A stretch of 64,000 nt of DNA from an uncultured Desulfarculus sp. (GCA_963665125.2 CAXXUK010000002.1:32001-96000); one strand, 5' to 3'. Numbered from the stretch's first letter, positions 42,348 through 52,732 are shown. The notes: generated by a model not told the origin, from the sequence alone. Made by a program: numbers and translations.

Positions 42348-43334
42348 ATGAGCCAGGGCGGCGGGGTGCTCGTCACCAAGGGCAAGGCCGGTTTGGGCAA
42401 CCGCCTTTTGGCCGTGCTGGGCTCCCTGATGTATTGCCGTCTCAGCGGCCGGGCCATGTACGTGGACTGGGCCGACGGCACCTATGCCGAAGACCGCGAA
42501 AACGCCTGGGACTACGCCTTTGTCTTGAAGGCCCCCCAGGCCGGGCCGGGCCAAATAGCCGGCGGCGACGTCTTTCCCGAACTGTGGCGGGGCAACCTGG
42601 CCAAGAGCATCACCGAGCTTATCGACGAATTCGACCCGGATTCCTGGGACGACGAGATGGCCGTCTACGACCGCTATTCGGTGCGCATGGGCGACCTGGA
42701 CCGCCCGGAAAAGATACTGGTCCGCTGGTCCTACTTTGACGACTTCGCCAATGTCTTCCGCCGGATGGGATACGGCTGGTTCAGCCAGGCCGCACGGCGG
42801 CAAGTCCTGCGAGGGCTGTTGGCCGAGCATGTGGAACTGCACCCGGAGATTCGCGCCGAGTTCGAGGACCTGGCCCGCCGCATGCTCGCCCGGCCCACCA
42901 TCGGCGTGCATATCCGCTACACCGACAACAAGGCCCCCTACGAAATGCTCGACGCCAAGGTCGGAGAGTTGGCCCGCGAAAATCCGGAAGCGGCGATATT
43001 TCTGGCCACGGACAACAAAAAGGTCGCCGACGAAATGGCCGCCAAATATCCCGGCCGCCTGGTCAGCTTGGAAAAGTTGATGGACGACGAGGGCAAGGGC
43101 CTACACCACAGCTTCAAGACCAAACAGGCCCTCAAGGAGGTTCTGTTCGACCTGTACATGCTCAGCCGCTGCCAATGGCTGGTCTACAGCTCCGTGTCCA
43201 CCCTGGGTTTCTGCGCCTCGCTGCTCAGCGGGGCTCCGGAGCGAAACATCCACAATTGCCTGCGGACCAAAACACGCCTGCGCGGGGCGGCCAAGACCCT
43301 ATGGGTCAACGTTTCTTCCTTGCTCGGGCGATAA
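42348..43334 (+). CDS. NodZ-like fucosyltransferase (GT23/O-FucT fold)
   Basis: AGLGNRL, IGVHIRYTD, IFLATD, DLYMLSRC...SS motifs. Confidence 0.8.
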   Translation: MSQGGGVLVTKGKAGLGNRLLAVLGSLMYCRLSGRAMYVDWADGTYAEDRENAWDYAFVLKAPQAGPGQIAGGDVFPELWRGNLAKSITELIDEFDPDSWDDEMAVYDRYSVRMGDLDRPEKILVRWSYFDDFANVFRRMGYGWFSQAARRQVLRGLLAEHVELHPEIRAEFEDLARRMLARPTIGVHIRYTDNKAPYEMLDAKVGELARENPEAAIFLATDNKKVADEMAAKYPGRLVSLEKLMDDEGKGLHHSFKTKQALKEVLFDLYMLSRCQWLVYSSVSTLGFCASLLSGAPERNIHNCLRTKTRLRGAAKTLWVNVSSLLGR

Positions 43335-43341
43335 AAAAAGA

Positions 43342-43377
43342 CCCGGACCCACGCGAAGCGCTTCGCGTGCATCCGGG
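43342..43377. terminator. hairpin between convergent genes
   Basis: CCCGGA..CACGCGAAG-C-GCTTCGCGTG..TCCGGG, preceded by an A tract (T tract on the minus strand). Confidence 0.6.
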
Positions 43378-43393
43378 CCGTTAAGGAATTGTT

Positions 43394-44773
43394 TTAGTTC
43401 CGCTGGGCGCCGGTGGAATTCCAGCCGATCAAAAACACCACCGCGTTGCAGGCCACGCCCACTATAAGGCCGTCAACTCCGGCCGGGGCATCCAACACCG
43501 TATTCCACACCAGCGTACCGGCGATGCCCGCCACCGCGGCGGTGATAAACACACCGGCCTTTGCCCGAAAACCAAAGAAGGCCAGGGCCAGGGGCGGCAG
43601 AATCACCGGGGCCCAGAAGTTGTAGGCGTACATCAGGATGCCCAGGATGCTTTCGATGCTCACGGCAAAGACAATGGCCAAAAGGCCGGTGATCAGGTTG
43701 GCCATCTTGGCCAAGTTGAGCTGGGCCTTTTCGGACAGCGGGGTGCCGCGCAGCGGCAGGATCACGTCGCTGGTAAGGCACACGGCAGCGCCGTTGAGGA
43801 AAGAGTCGGCCGAGGACATGACCACCGAGATGATGCCGGCCACCACCAAGCCCTTGAGGCCCACGGGCAGGGCCTGCTGAATAACATAGGGCAGGGCCAT
43901 GTTGGGGTTCAGATCCGGGGCCAGGGTCAGGGCCACCAGGCCGATGCCGCCGCTGATGGCGAAAAACGGGAAGGAGAACAGGCCGCTCCACAGGGTGCCC
44001 CGGGAGGTGTGCATGGCTGTGCGGCCGATCATCAGGCGCTGGACATAAGGCGGCACCAGGGTTTCGCCCAACAGAAACGTCAGAAACAGCGAGGCGAAGG
44101 CCAAAAGGCCCATGCCGCCCAGGGGGGCCATGCGCTCGGGTCCGGCGGCCTTGAGCACCGCATCGATGCCGCCGGCCTTGTCCAGGCCCATGAACAGGGC
44201 CAGGGGTATGCCGATGCCCAAGACGATGAACTGCATGATGTCGGTGAAGACAACGGCCCGCATGCCGCCCACGGTGGAGTAGGCGATGGCGATGCCGCAG
44301 CCGATCATGATGCCCATGAGCTTGTCCATGCCCAGAAACAGGTTGAAGACATAGCCCATGGCGCCCACCTGGGCGCCCATGATGCCCGCGCACAACAGCA
44401 GGCCGAACACGCCGGTGACCACCTGGCTTGATTTGCCGTAGGCCTGGCCCATGATTCCGCCGACGCTTATCGTGTCGCTGAAGCGTTCCATGCGCGGGGC
44501 GATGAACTGGGCCACCAGGATTTCCTTGATGCTGAAACCGTATAGGGCCAGGATGTTGACCACGCCGATGGTGAAGACCTTTTCAGCGTTGCCCATGGTG
44601 AAGCCGCCGCCGATGAACGAGGCGGACAATGTGGCGAAAACGACCCATGATTTGAAGCTGCGTCCGGCAACGGAAAAATGCTCAAGTTTGGTCACGCCGC
44701 GGCCCGCCCAAAGACCTACCGTGAGGATGGCGGCCAGATATAAACCCAGGATTAAGTTGTCCAGAAGGTCCAT
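43394..44773 (-). CDS. sodium:solute symporter family protein
   Basis: Many TMs; FSVAGRS, YSTVGGMRAVVFTD, MSSADSFLN. Confidence 0.92.
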   Translation of the reverse strand: MDLLDNLILGLYLAAILTVGLWAGRGVTKLEHFSVAGRSFKSWVVFATLSASFIGGGFTMGNAEKVFTIGVVNILALYGFSIKEILVAQFIAPRMERFSDTISVGGIMGQAYGKSSQVVTGVFGLLLCAGIMGAQVGAMGYVFNLFLGMDKLMGIMIGCGIAIAYSTVGGMRAVVFTDIMQFIVLGIGIPLALFMGLDKAGGIDAVLKAAGPERMAPLGGMGLLAFASLFLTFLLGETLVPPYVQRLMIGRTAMHTSRGTLWSGLFSFPFFAISGGIGLVALTLAPDLNPNMALPYVIQQALPVGLKGLVVAGIISVVMSSADSFLNGAAVCLTSDVILPLRGTPLSEKAQLNLAKMANLITGLLAIVFAVSIESILGILMYAYNFWAPVILPPLALAFFGFRAKAGVFITAAVAGIAGTLVWNTVLDAPAGVDGLIVGVACNAVVFLIGWNSTGAQRN

Positions 44774-44997
44774 GAAAATTTCTCCGATGCGCTATTACTG
44801 TTTCTTGAACAGGGTCTGTTTTCGCCCGCCGAAAAGATATGAATACATCCGAGCATAATTAACATAAACGAGTGTGGAATCGAAAGTCTAATTGTGGCTG
44901 TTTCAGGCCGAAGTGTGGACCAAAATAGTCAATCGTTGACCAAAGTTGTGTAAAATGTTATTTACGCTGAGGAGCGCATTAGCGGTTTTCTAAATCG

Positions 44998-46773
44998 GTG
45001 GTTCAATTGGCAGAGACTTCCCTGGCAAACACCATATTCGACTCCATGACCGACGGCGTGATCACCCTCGACCGCGAGGGCACCATCACGGCCATGAATC
45101 CGTCTGCCTGCCAGGTGCTGGGCATAGCGGCCGAGTCTGCAGTGGGCTCCAGCTATGCCGAAGTATTTTTCATGCTGCCGGAAAACGACGAATTCAACCA
45201 ACTCCTGCTGGACCTGGGCGGGGCCCAGGACAACCCCTACGCCGAAGTTTCATTTACCAGGGAAGACGGCTATAAGCGGCAACTGGCCCTGACGACATCG
45301 CTTTTGAAAGATGCCGACGGCGGCGACGAGGCCAGCCGTCGGGGAGCGGTCCTGGTTTTCAAGGACATTTCGGCCATCCAGCAGCTTCGCGATCAGCGGG
45401 ATCAGCTGCAGGCCGAGCTGGCGGCCAAGCACGAAGAACTCAAGGATGCCTACCAAGACCTGGAAAGCCGCAATAAAAACCTGGAAGAAGCCCAGAAACG
45501 CGTGTTGTGGATCAAGCTGGGCGCGGGCGCCTTGGGCGTCCTGTTCTTCATCGGCCTGCTGGTCTATTATCAATTTTTCGCCACCTCCTCGTCGGACGGA
45601 CGACCCAAGCCGATGAAGGAAATCGCCGCCTTTTCCGAAACAACAGGCTCCATGCGCGGGGTCAAGGCCGACAGGGGCGACATTATCGTCAGCGTCTCCT
45701 GCCGGGGCTTTATCGAGCCTCTTGATCTGCTGACCGTGACCAGCGAGGTCGTCGGCAAGGTGGTGGTGCGCAAGGCCGACTTGGGCCTGCACGTCAACAA
45801 GGGCGATGTGCTGTTCATGCTGGACCCGGCCGAACTGCTGCCCAAGGTGCGCCAGGCCGAGGCCGCGGCTCTGGAGAACCGACAGACCTTCAACGAGCTT
45901 GAAAGCTGGAAAAACCGCCCCGAATTCAAGCAGGCCCAGCGGGCCCTGGAACTGGCCCGTATGGATACGGAACGCAAAAAGGCCAGGGCCGAGGAAAACG
46001 AGCGCCTGTTCAAGGCCGGGATCATCCCCAAAAACGACCTTATCGACTCGCATAATGACTACCGCCGCGCCATGGCCGAACTGGCCAGCGCCGAGGAGCG
46101 GCTGTTCACGGCCACGGAAAAGGCCTCCAAGGGCCGGGTAAAGGTGGCCGAACTCAAGCTGATGAACGCCGAAGCCGAAATGAAGGAGTTGCAGGCCAAA
46201 CTGGACGCCACGGTGGTGCGGGCTCCGGTCTCGGGCGTGGTGATGCTGCCGGCCACGGGCGAAAAGGACAAGCAGTCGCGGATTCCCGAACTGGGCGAAA
46301 AAGTCAGCGAGGGTCAGGCCCTGGTGGTGCTGGGCGCCGATCAGCCCCTGGGCGTGCGGACCATGGTCGACGAGGTGGCCGTGCGCAAGGTCAAAACGGG
46401 CCAAAAGGCCCTGATCAGCGGGCACGCCCTGCCCCGGACCTTTGAAGGCGTGGTGCGTTCGGTGGCGCCCCAGGCCGAGATCAGCAACCGCGTTCCGGTG
46501 TTTCCGGTGTTGATCGAACTCAAGCACCTGCCGCCCGAAGAGGCCGAGAATGTGCGTCTGGGTATGAGCGCCTCGGTGCGCATCGTGGTTACCGAGGTCT
46601 CCGACGCGGTGCGTCTGCCCGTGTTGGCCGTGGCCGAGCACGGCGGCGAACCGGCGGTCAGGGTGTCCAAGGACGGCAAGTACGAATGGCAGCCCGTGGA
46701 AACCGGGGTGTCCGACCGCAATTTCGTCCAGATCAAAAAGGGCGTCGAACCAGGCCAAGAAGTTTACTATTGA
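44998..46773 (+). CDS. PAS-domain / MacA-like periplasmic adaptor (membrane fusion protein) chimera
   Basis: IFDSMTDGVITLD...NPSA PAS domain, coiled coil, single TM, then lipoyl/hairpin/beta-barrel MFP (VRAPVSGVV, RLGMSA). Confidence 0.85.
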   Translation: MVQLAETSLANTIFDSMTDGVITLDREGTITAMNPSACQVLGIAAESAVGSSYAEVFFMLPENDEFNQLLLDLGGAQDNPYAEVSFTREDGYKRQLALTTSLLKDADGGDEASRRGAVLVFKDISAIQQLRDQRDQLQAELAAKHEELKDAYQDLESRNKNLEEAQKRVLWIKLGAGALGVLFFIGLLVYYQFFATSSSDGRPKPMKEIAAFSETTGSMRGVKADRGDIIVSVSCRGFIEPLDLLTVTSEVVGKVVVRKADLGLHVNKGDVLFMLDPAELLPKVRQAEAAALENRQTFNELESWKNRPEFKQAQRALELARMDTERKKARAEENERLFKAGIIPKNDLIDSHNDYRRAMAELASAEERLFTATEKASKGRVKVAELKLMNAEAEMKELQAKLDATVVRAPVSGVVMLPATGEKDKQSRIPELGEKVSEGQALVVLGADQPLGVRTMVDEVAVRKVKTGQKALISGHALPRTFEGVVRSVAPQAEISNRVPVFPVLIELKHLPPEEAENVRLGMSASVRIVVTEVSDAVRLPVLAVAEHGGEPAVRVSKDGKYEWQPVETGVSDRNFVQIKKGVEPGQEVYY

Positions 46774-46781
46774 GCAGGCCC

Positions 46782-47522
46782 ATGAGCGCAGTCCTGGCAC
46801 AAGAAAACGCCGCGGATCACCCCTTGCTGAGGCTCAGGGGCATCACCCGCTCGTTCATGATGGGCGGCGTGGAACTGCCCGTGCTGCGGGGCGTGGACCT
46901 GGACGTTCTTGGCGGCGACTTCATATCCGTGCTGGGTTCGTCGGGCTGCGGCAAATCAACGCTTCTGAACATCATCGGCCTGTTGGACAAGCCGACCAGC
47001 GGCCAATACGAACTGGACGGCACGCCGGTCACCGAACTGGACGACGTGGCCATCAGCCGCCTGCGCAACCAGAAGATCGGTTTTATTTTCCAGAATTTCA
47101 ATCTGCTGGCCCGCCTCAGCGCAGCCGAAAACGTCGAGCTGCCGCTGTTGTACCGGGGCATGACGGCCTCAGCCCGCCGGGAGCGGGCCCTGGAATACCT
47201 GGACAGGGTGGGCCTGGCCGACCGGGCCGACCACACGCCGACCCAGCTCTCCGGCGGCCAGCAGCAACGGGTGGCCATTGCCAGGGCCCTGGTGGCCGAG
47301 CCCGTGATCCTTTTGGCCGACGAGCCCACCGGCGCCCTGGACACCAAGGTGGGCCGCGACATCATGGACCTGTTCAAGGGCCTCAACCGGGAAAAGGGCC
47401 TGGCTTTTTTGATGATCACCCACGACGTGCAGCTTTCCAAGGAAGCGGGACGGCGTCTGCGCATGGCCGACGGGATGCTGCGGGAGGCCGAGGGGCCGGG
47501 GGCTGTGGACAATGCTGCTTAG
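46782..47522 (+). CDS. MacB/LolD-type ABC transporter ATP-binding protein
   Basis: GSSGCGKST, LSGGQQQRVAIARAL, LADEPTGALD. Confidence 0.95.
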   Translation: MSAVLAQENAADHPLLRLRGITRSFMMGGVELPVLRGVDLDVLGGDFISVLGSSGCGKSTLLNIIGLLDKPTSGQYELDGTPVTELDDVAISRLRNQKIGFIFQNFNLLARLSAAENVELPLLYRGMTASARRERALEYLDRVGLADRADHTPTQLSGGQQQRVAIARALVAEPVILLADEPTGALDTKVGRDIMDLFKGLNREKGLAFLMITHDVQLSKEAGRRLRMADGMLREAEGPGAVDNAA

Positions 47523-48693
47523 CGTCAACGCAAGAGAGGCCTGGCGCAGCCTCAAGGCCAGCAAACAGCGCACCATTCTGGCCCTGTTGGGGGTCATCAT
47601 CGGCATCGGCAGCGTCATGGCCATGCTCAGCGTGGGCGAGACGGTAAAGGCCAAGGCCTTGTCCGAATTCCGCCAGATGGGCACCGACATCATTTCCGTA
47701 CGCAAGGGCTACACGCCCGAAAGCACGGGCTCGTCGGGTCTGAACGTGGATGATTTCGATCAACTGGCCAGGTTCAGCCGGAATATCCGCGAGACATCGC
47801 CCGAGGTCTCCACCTGGGGCAAGATCAGGGCCGGACAGGCCGAGGTAGACACATCCATCAAGGGCGTGCGGCCGGTGTTTCTTGGCATCAACAAGCTGCA
47901 TATGGCCAGCGGCCGCTTTCTGACGTCTTTTGACGACGACCGCTCCTTTTGCGTGTTGGGCGACAAGACCTATCAGAGGCTGATCAGCGAGGGAGCCAGG
48001 CCGCCCATAGACGAAGTGACCCTGCGGGGGCTGCCGTTTCAGGTGTTGGGCGTGCTGGGGCCGGCCGAGCTTGGTTTCCGGTCCGAGGAAGTCGACAGCG
48101 CCGCGTTTATTCCCCTGGGTCTGGCCGACCGCATGGGCGGCTTCGAGGGGGCCTCGCGGGTCACCGTGCGCCTGTGGCCCGAGTCGGACCATGACGCGGC
48201 TTCGGCCGAGATCAGCCAACTTTGGAACAAGCTGAACCAGGGAACCTCGGCGTTGGAGATCGACAGCCCCAAACAGCTTTTGGAGCAGATGGCCAAGCAG
48301 ATGCGCCTGTACACGCTGCTGCTGGCGGCGGTGGCCTCCATCAGCCTGGTGGTGGGCGGCGTGGGCATCATGAATATGATGCTGGTGTCTGTCACCGAGC
48401 GCAGGCGGGAGATCGGCATCCGCCGGGCCCTGGGGGCCCAGCGCGCCGACATAACCTCGCAGTTTCTGGTGGAAAGCGTTATCTTGTCCCTGGTGGGCGG
48501 CATAATCGGCATAGCCCTGGGTGTCGGGGCATGTTTCGCTGTTTCGGAATTCAACGACTGGACCCCGGTGGTGCCCATGGACGCCATGGGCCTGTGCCTG
48601 GCCGTGGCCATGGCCGTGGGCCTGTTTTTCGGCTATTACCCGGCCCGCAAGGCCTCTCACCTCGATGTGATCGTGGCCCTGAAGGCGGAATGA
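47512..48693 (+). CDS. MacB/FtsX-type ABC permease
   Basis: LGVIIGIGSV, GIMNMMLVSVTERRREIGIRRALGA, GYYPARKA. Confidence 0.95.
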   Translation: MLLSVNAREAWRSLKASKQRTILALLGVIIGIGSVMAMLSVGETVKAKALSEFRQMGTDIISVRKGYTPESTGSSGLNVDDFDQLARFSRNIRETSPEVSTWGKIRAGQAEVDTSIKGVRPVFLGINKLHMASGRFLTSFDDDRSFCVLGDKTYQRLISEGARPPIDEVTLRGLPFQVLGVLGPAELGFRSEEVDSAAFIPLGLADRMGGFEGASRVTVRLWPESDHDAASAEISQLWNKLNQGTSALEIDSPKQLLEQMAKQMRLYTLLLAAVASISLVVGGVGIMNMMLVSVTERRREIGIRRALGAQRADITSQFLVESVILSLVGGIIGIALGVGACFAVSEFNDWTPVVPMDAMGLCLAVAMAVGLFFGYYPARKASHLDVIVALKAE

Positions 48694-50411
48694 TGAGACG
48701 AACTTTCGCCATAATCTACGCCGTGGCGCTGCTGCTGTCGGCCTGGCCCTGCCTGGCCGCCCAGGAGCCCGCGCCCCAGGCCCAACCCACGGCCGCCGCC
48801 GCCGGGACGCCGGTGCCGCTGGATGTGCAGGACCCGGCCATGGACACCGCCGACATCACGCCCGAGCCCGTAAAAAAGCCCATCCTGGAGATAACCGATC
48901 CGCCGCCGCCCAAACCGGTGACCCAGGGCGAACTGCTGGAGCCGGAGCTGACCCCTGGCGAGATCGGCAACACGTCGGGCCGCCGCAAGGTGCCGCTGAA
49001 GCTGCTGGATGCGGTTCGCATCGGCATGACCCGCAACATCGGCACCAAGAAATATCTGTTGGACAGGGCCACCCAGATTCTGGACCTGGAACTGGCCGAG
49101 CGCATATTCGAGCCCAATGTGTATCTGGAGGGCCACTACAACTACAGCGCCTCCAACAACACCGACGACCGTGGCGCGGGCGTGCGGGTGACCAACCAGC
49201 TTCCCACGGCCGGCGAGTTGAGCTTCCAGTGGCTGCCCAGCAACCAATGGGACCGCGACACCAATGAAGACGGATATTCGACGGGCCTGAGCTTCAGCCT
49301 GACCCAGCCGCTGCTCAGGGGCGCGGGCATAACCGTTGGTACGGCATCGGTGGTCTCGGCCCGCTACACCGACGCGTCCGACAAGGAATCGTTGCGCTCC
49401 CACCTGATGAGCCAGATCACCGCCATCCAGAATGCGTATTGGGAGCTGCTTCTGGCCCTGCAAAACAGGCTCAGCGCCGTGCGCTCCCTGCGGGAAAGCC
49501 GCGAGGTGCTGGCCCGCAACAAGCAGCTGATAAATGCCGGGCGAAAGGCCAAGGCGGATCTTGTCTCGGCCGAGCAGGAGGTGGCCCGCAACCAGGTCTC
49601 GGTGCTGGACCAGGAATTCAGCGTGGTGCAGGCCAACCGCACTCTGGTCAACCTGCTGGACCTTGACGACGACGTGGCCATCCTGCCCATGGAGGGCTTT
49701 GTCTACCGTCAGGTGCAGGTGGACTACGATCAGCTATCCAAGATCGCCCTTGAGAAAAATCCGGGCATGATCCAGACCAAGATCAGCCTGAAACAGGCCG
49801 AGCTGAGTCTGGAGCTGGCCAAGTCAAACGCCCTGGATCAGGTGGACCTGTCGCTGAGCACCAGCAAGACCGGCACGGCCGACAACCTGGAAGACAGTAT
49901 GCGCAACTCCCTGAACCTGGGCGAGGGCTGGCAGGCCGGGGTATCGGTGAGCATTCCCCTGGGCCTGCCCAGGGACAGGCTCAAGCGCAACGTGACCCAG
50001 GCCGAACGCAGCCTGGAAAAGGCCAAGCTGGATTTCAAGCAGACCCGGCGCACCCTGTTGCAGGAGGTCCGCGACGGGGTCAACGACATCAACCGCAGCA
50101 TGCGCCAGATCCGCCTGGCCCAACTCAGCCGCGAGTTGGCCAATCAAAAATATGATATTGAAAAAATGCGCCTCGATCTGGGGCGCTCCACCAACTTCCA
50201 GGTGCTTTCCTATCAGCGAGACCTGACCTCGGCACGGGATTCCGAGTACCAGGCCATTGCCACCTATCTGAAAAACCTGGCCGCGCTGGAGACCATAGTG
50301 GGCATCACCCTGGAGACTTGGAACGTCCAGGTCATCGAGACCGAACCGCCCATCGTGCCTTCACTGAACCTGGATAAGCTGAAGAAGCCCAAGGCCATCA
50401 CCACCGAGTGA
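48690..50411 (+). CDS. TolC family outer membrane protein
   Basis: Signal peptide, TQPLLRGAG, two OEP repeats; ATGA overlap with the permease. Confidence 0.9.
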   Translation: MMRRTFAIIYAVALLLSAWPCLAAQEPAPQAQPTAAAAGTPVPLDVQDPAMDTADITPEPVKKPILEITDPPPPKPVTQGELLEPELTPGEIGNTSGRRKVPLKLLDAVRIGMTRNIGTKKYLLDRATQILDLELAERIFEPNVYLEGHYNYSASNNTDDRGAGVRVTNQLPTAGELSFQWLPSNQWDRDTNEDGYSTGLSFSLTQPLLRGAGITVGTASVVSARYTDASDKESLRSHLMSQITAIQNAYWELLLALQNRLSAVRSLRESREVLARNKQLINAGRKAKADLVSAEQEVARNQVSVLDQEFSVVQANRTLVNLLDLDDDVAILPMEGFVYRQVQVDYDQLSKIALEKNPGMIQTKISLKQAELSLELAKSNALDQVDLSLSTSKTGTADNLEDSMRNSLNLGEGWQAGVSVSIPLGLPRDRLKRNVTQAERSLEKAKLDFKQTRRTLLQEVRDGVNDINRSMRQIRLAQLSRELANQKYDIEKMRLDLGRSTNFQVLSYQRDLTSARDSEYQAIATYLKNLAALETIVGITLETWNVQVIETEPPIVPSLNLDKLKKPKAITTE

Positions 50412-50671
50412 GCCTGGTTCATCACAAACTCGATTATAGTAGGCTTGGCTTGAACAAATATAGTAATGCAGTGTAATCACATATCTATATTCAGTTGATG
50501 ATACAATAGACTATGATTTGATTTTATTGATTAAGTAAATTAGATATCACATAGATATTATTGACTAATATGTGGCAATAGCTCTTGCGGGGTCTTGCTG
50601 CTGCTTTACTCTTCCAGGAAGTTTGAATCAGCACAGAGCTGAAAAAAGAAGTGATTATGCCCTGACATTTT

Positions 50672-50741
50672 GCCTCCGGCGGCCAGAGGGGTTCTTCGCT
50701 TTTGAGCAATATTAAAAGCTCGCCATCCCCTCTGGACTCCC
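50672..50741. repeat. REP-like palindromic intergenic element
   Basis: GCCTCCGGCGG-CCAGAGGGG...GCTTTT...AAAAGC...CCCCTCTGG-ACTCCC nested inverted repeats. Confidence 0.5.
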
Positions 50742-51421
50742 GGCTCGCAAAAATATATCTGGCCCTGCTTGAATGCGACCGGCCTCGCGAAGATCATGCC
50801 GTGGCATTATCATTTCCCTGCCCAGTTGTGGACCGCACTGCTCCCGGCGCAACTCCTTGGCTGGGTCTCGCAAACGGCGTGGGGCCAGTGACCGAAGCGG
50901 GCGCCGTGGCCGATCGTGCCCTAGCACCATTGCTAATAGATTGCGCTTAGTTCGGCGCTACCCAAACGGCCTCATAACCTGTCATCGGGCACGGCGTTAC
51001 AAGTCCGGTTCGATTTTTCAAGGCACGTTGCTATAGGCCGATCTGCCCCGCCAACACATACATGCTTATCTACAAGCGCAAGCATATCCCAGGGAATCTC
51101 AGACCCAACTCGAGGCAACCTGTTTTAGGGATGGGGCGGGGGCCTGGGGGTGGGCGGGAAAACCCTTTTGTGGAAAAGGGGTTGGCTATTTCTTGTACCT
51201 TGGCCCGTCCTTGGGCCAAGGTACAACGCCCCGGCCGGAGCAAGTCCGATCAGGGGCTTACGGCGCATGGCTTCGCGCTGCGCCGGGCTGGCCATGGATG
51301 GCCATGGATGCCAGCCTACCTGTAGAGCACGGTGTTGCCTTTATGGGGCGGCCGGTCGAGGCCGCTGGTGTTTAGTGTGGCTCTGAGTGCTGCCCGCGAT
51401 ATGGGTGCCCAAACCTTGGGC

Positions 51422-52732
51422 CTAGGCCCCGGGGCGGACTTTGGCGGCCAAATCGTTGACCGCTGCCCGGACCGCCTCCAGATCGATGGTGGTCAGTTCG
51501 CCGTTGTCCACAAGCTGCCGCCCGGCCACGAAAACGTGGCGCACATCGCCCCCGTTGGCCGCGTATACGGCCTGGGACACCGGGTTGTACAGGGGCTGCA
51601 AGTGGGGCCGGTCGCTGTGCAGCACGACAATATCGGCCTGTTTGCCGGGCACAAGAGAACCGCACACCCGCTCCAGGCCCAGGACCTCGGCGCCGCCGTT
51701 GGTGGCGCAGTGAAAGACCTCGGCGGCGGGCAGTTTGGCAGGGTCATTGTGAAACACCTTGGCCATGAACGAGGCCAGGCGCATTTCGCCGAACAGGTCC
51801 AGGTCGTTGTTGCTGGCCGCGCCGTCGGTGCCCAGGCCGACCTTGATCCGGGCTTTCAGCAGTTCCGAGATTTTGGCCCGGCCCGAGGCCAGCTTCATGT
51901 TTGATTCAGGGCATGAGGCTACATGGACCTTGGACTTGGCCAGCAGTTCGATGTCGGACTCTTCCAGGGCCGAACAATGGACTGCCACGTCGAGGGTGTT
52001 CAACAGGCCCAGTCTGTACAGGTATTCCGGGGGAGTGCAGCCGTTTTGCTCCTTGCAGGTATGGACCTCGTGCCAGGTCTCGGAGAGATGGGTCTGCCAG
52101 GGGACGCCCAGGGACATGGCCAGGCCGGACACCGCGCCCAGGGTATAGGACGAGCAGGTGTAGGTGCTGTGGGCGAAAAGGCCGGGGGTGATCAGTGGGC
52201 TGCGGTCTTTCCAGCGGGTGACGAAGTCCTCGACTATTTCCAATTTTTTGGCCGGGTCGGGGATGCCCGGTGCCGGGAAGTCTATCACCCCGTGGCAGAC
52301 AACGGCGCGCATGCCCGACCGGTCATAGGCCTTGGCCGCGCCGTTCATGCAGAAATAACTGTCGCACACCGTGGTAACGCCGCCGCCGAGCATTTCGGCG
52401 CAGGCCAGCAGGGTGCACTGCTGGGTCATTTCTTCATTGACCCACATGGCCTCGGCAGGAAACATGTGCTCGTTGAGCCACTTGTCCAGGGGCAGGTCGT
52501 CGGCCAGGCCCCGGAACAGGGTCATGGGGCCGTGGCAGTGGGTGTTGACCAGACCGGGCATGATCAAACCGCCCGCAACGTCGATGACCGAGGCGTCTTC
52601 GAGTGCGTCAAAGCCCGCGGCGCTGCCTGCATAGGTGATTTCCTGGTCCCGGAAGGCCACCAGGCCGTCTTTGTATAAAGTGTCGGCGTCGCACAATAGC
52701 GGACCGCCGCTGATGATGGTGGTGCGGCTCAA
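51422..52732 (-). CDS. MtaD-like amidohydrolase (5'-methylthioadenosine/SAH deaminase family)
   Basis: PGLVNTHCH, RGLADDLPL, HLSET, CPESNMKLASG, GLGTDGAASNN; TTG start overlapping the upstream stop. Confidence 0.9.
   Translation of the reverse strand: MSRTTIISGGPLLCDADTLYKDGLVAFRDQEITYAGSAAGFDALEDASVIDVAGGLIMPGLVNTHCHGPMTLFRGLADDLPLDKWLNEHMFPAEAMWVNEEMTQQCTLLACAEMLGGGVTTVCDSYFCMNGAAKAYDRSGMRAVVCHGVIDFPAPGIPDPAKKLEIVEDFVTRWKDRSPLITPGLFAHSTYTCSSYTLGAVSGLAMSLGVPWQTHLSETWHEVHTCKEQNGCTPPEYLYRLGLLNTLDVAVHCSALEESDIELLAKSKVHVASCPESNMKLASGRAKISELLKARIKVGLGTDGAASNNDLDLFGEMRLASFMAKVFHNDPAKLPAAEVFHCATNGGAEVLGLERVCGSLVPGKQADIVVLHSDRPHLQPLYNPVSQAVYAANGGDVRHVFVAGRQLVDNGELTTIDLEAVRAAVNDLAAKVRPGA

Noticed and set aside
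44916..44956. T(G/T)GACCAAA direct repeats and a GTCAA-TCG-TTGAC palindrome upstream of the exporter
   Set aside because: Plausible operator, but too short to support, and no adjacent regulator is present.
48222..48689. N-terminal extension of the TolC ORF
   Set aside because: It overlaps the permease; the signal peptide begins at ATG 48690.
50702..51386. Several 60-90 aa ORFs in the large intergenic gap
   Set aside because: No clear RBS, no recognisable motifs, and they overlap palindromic elements.
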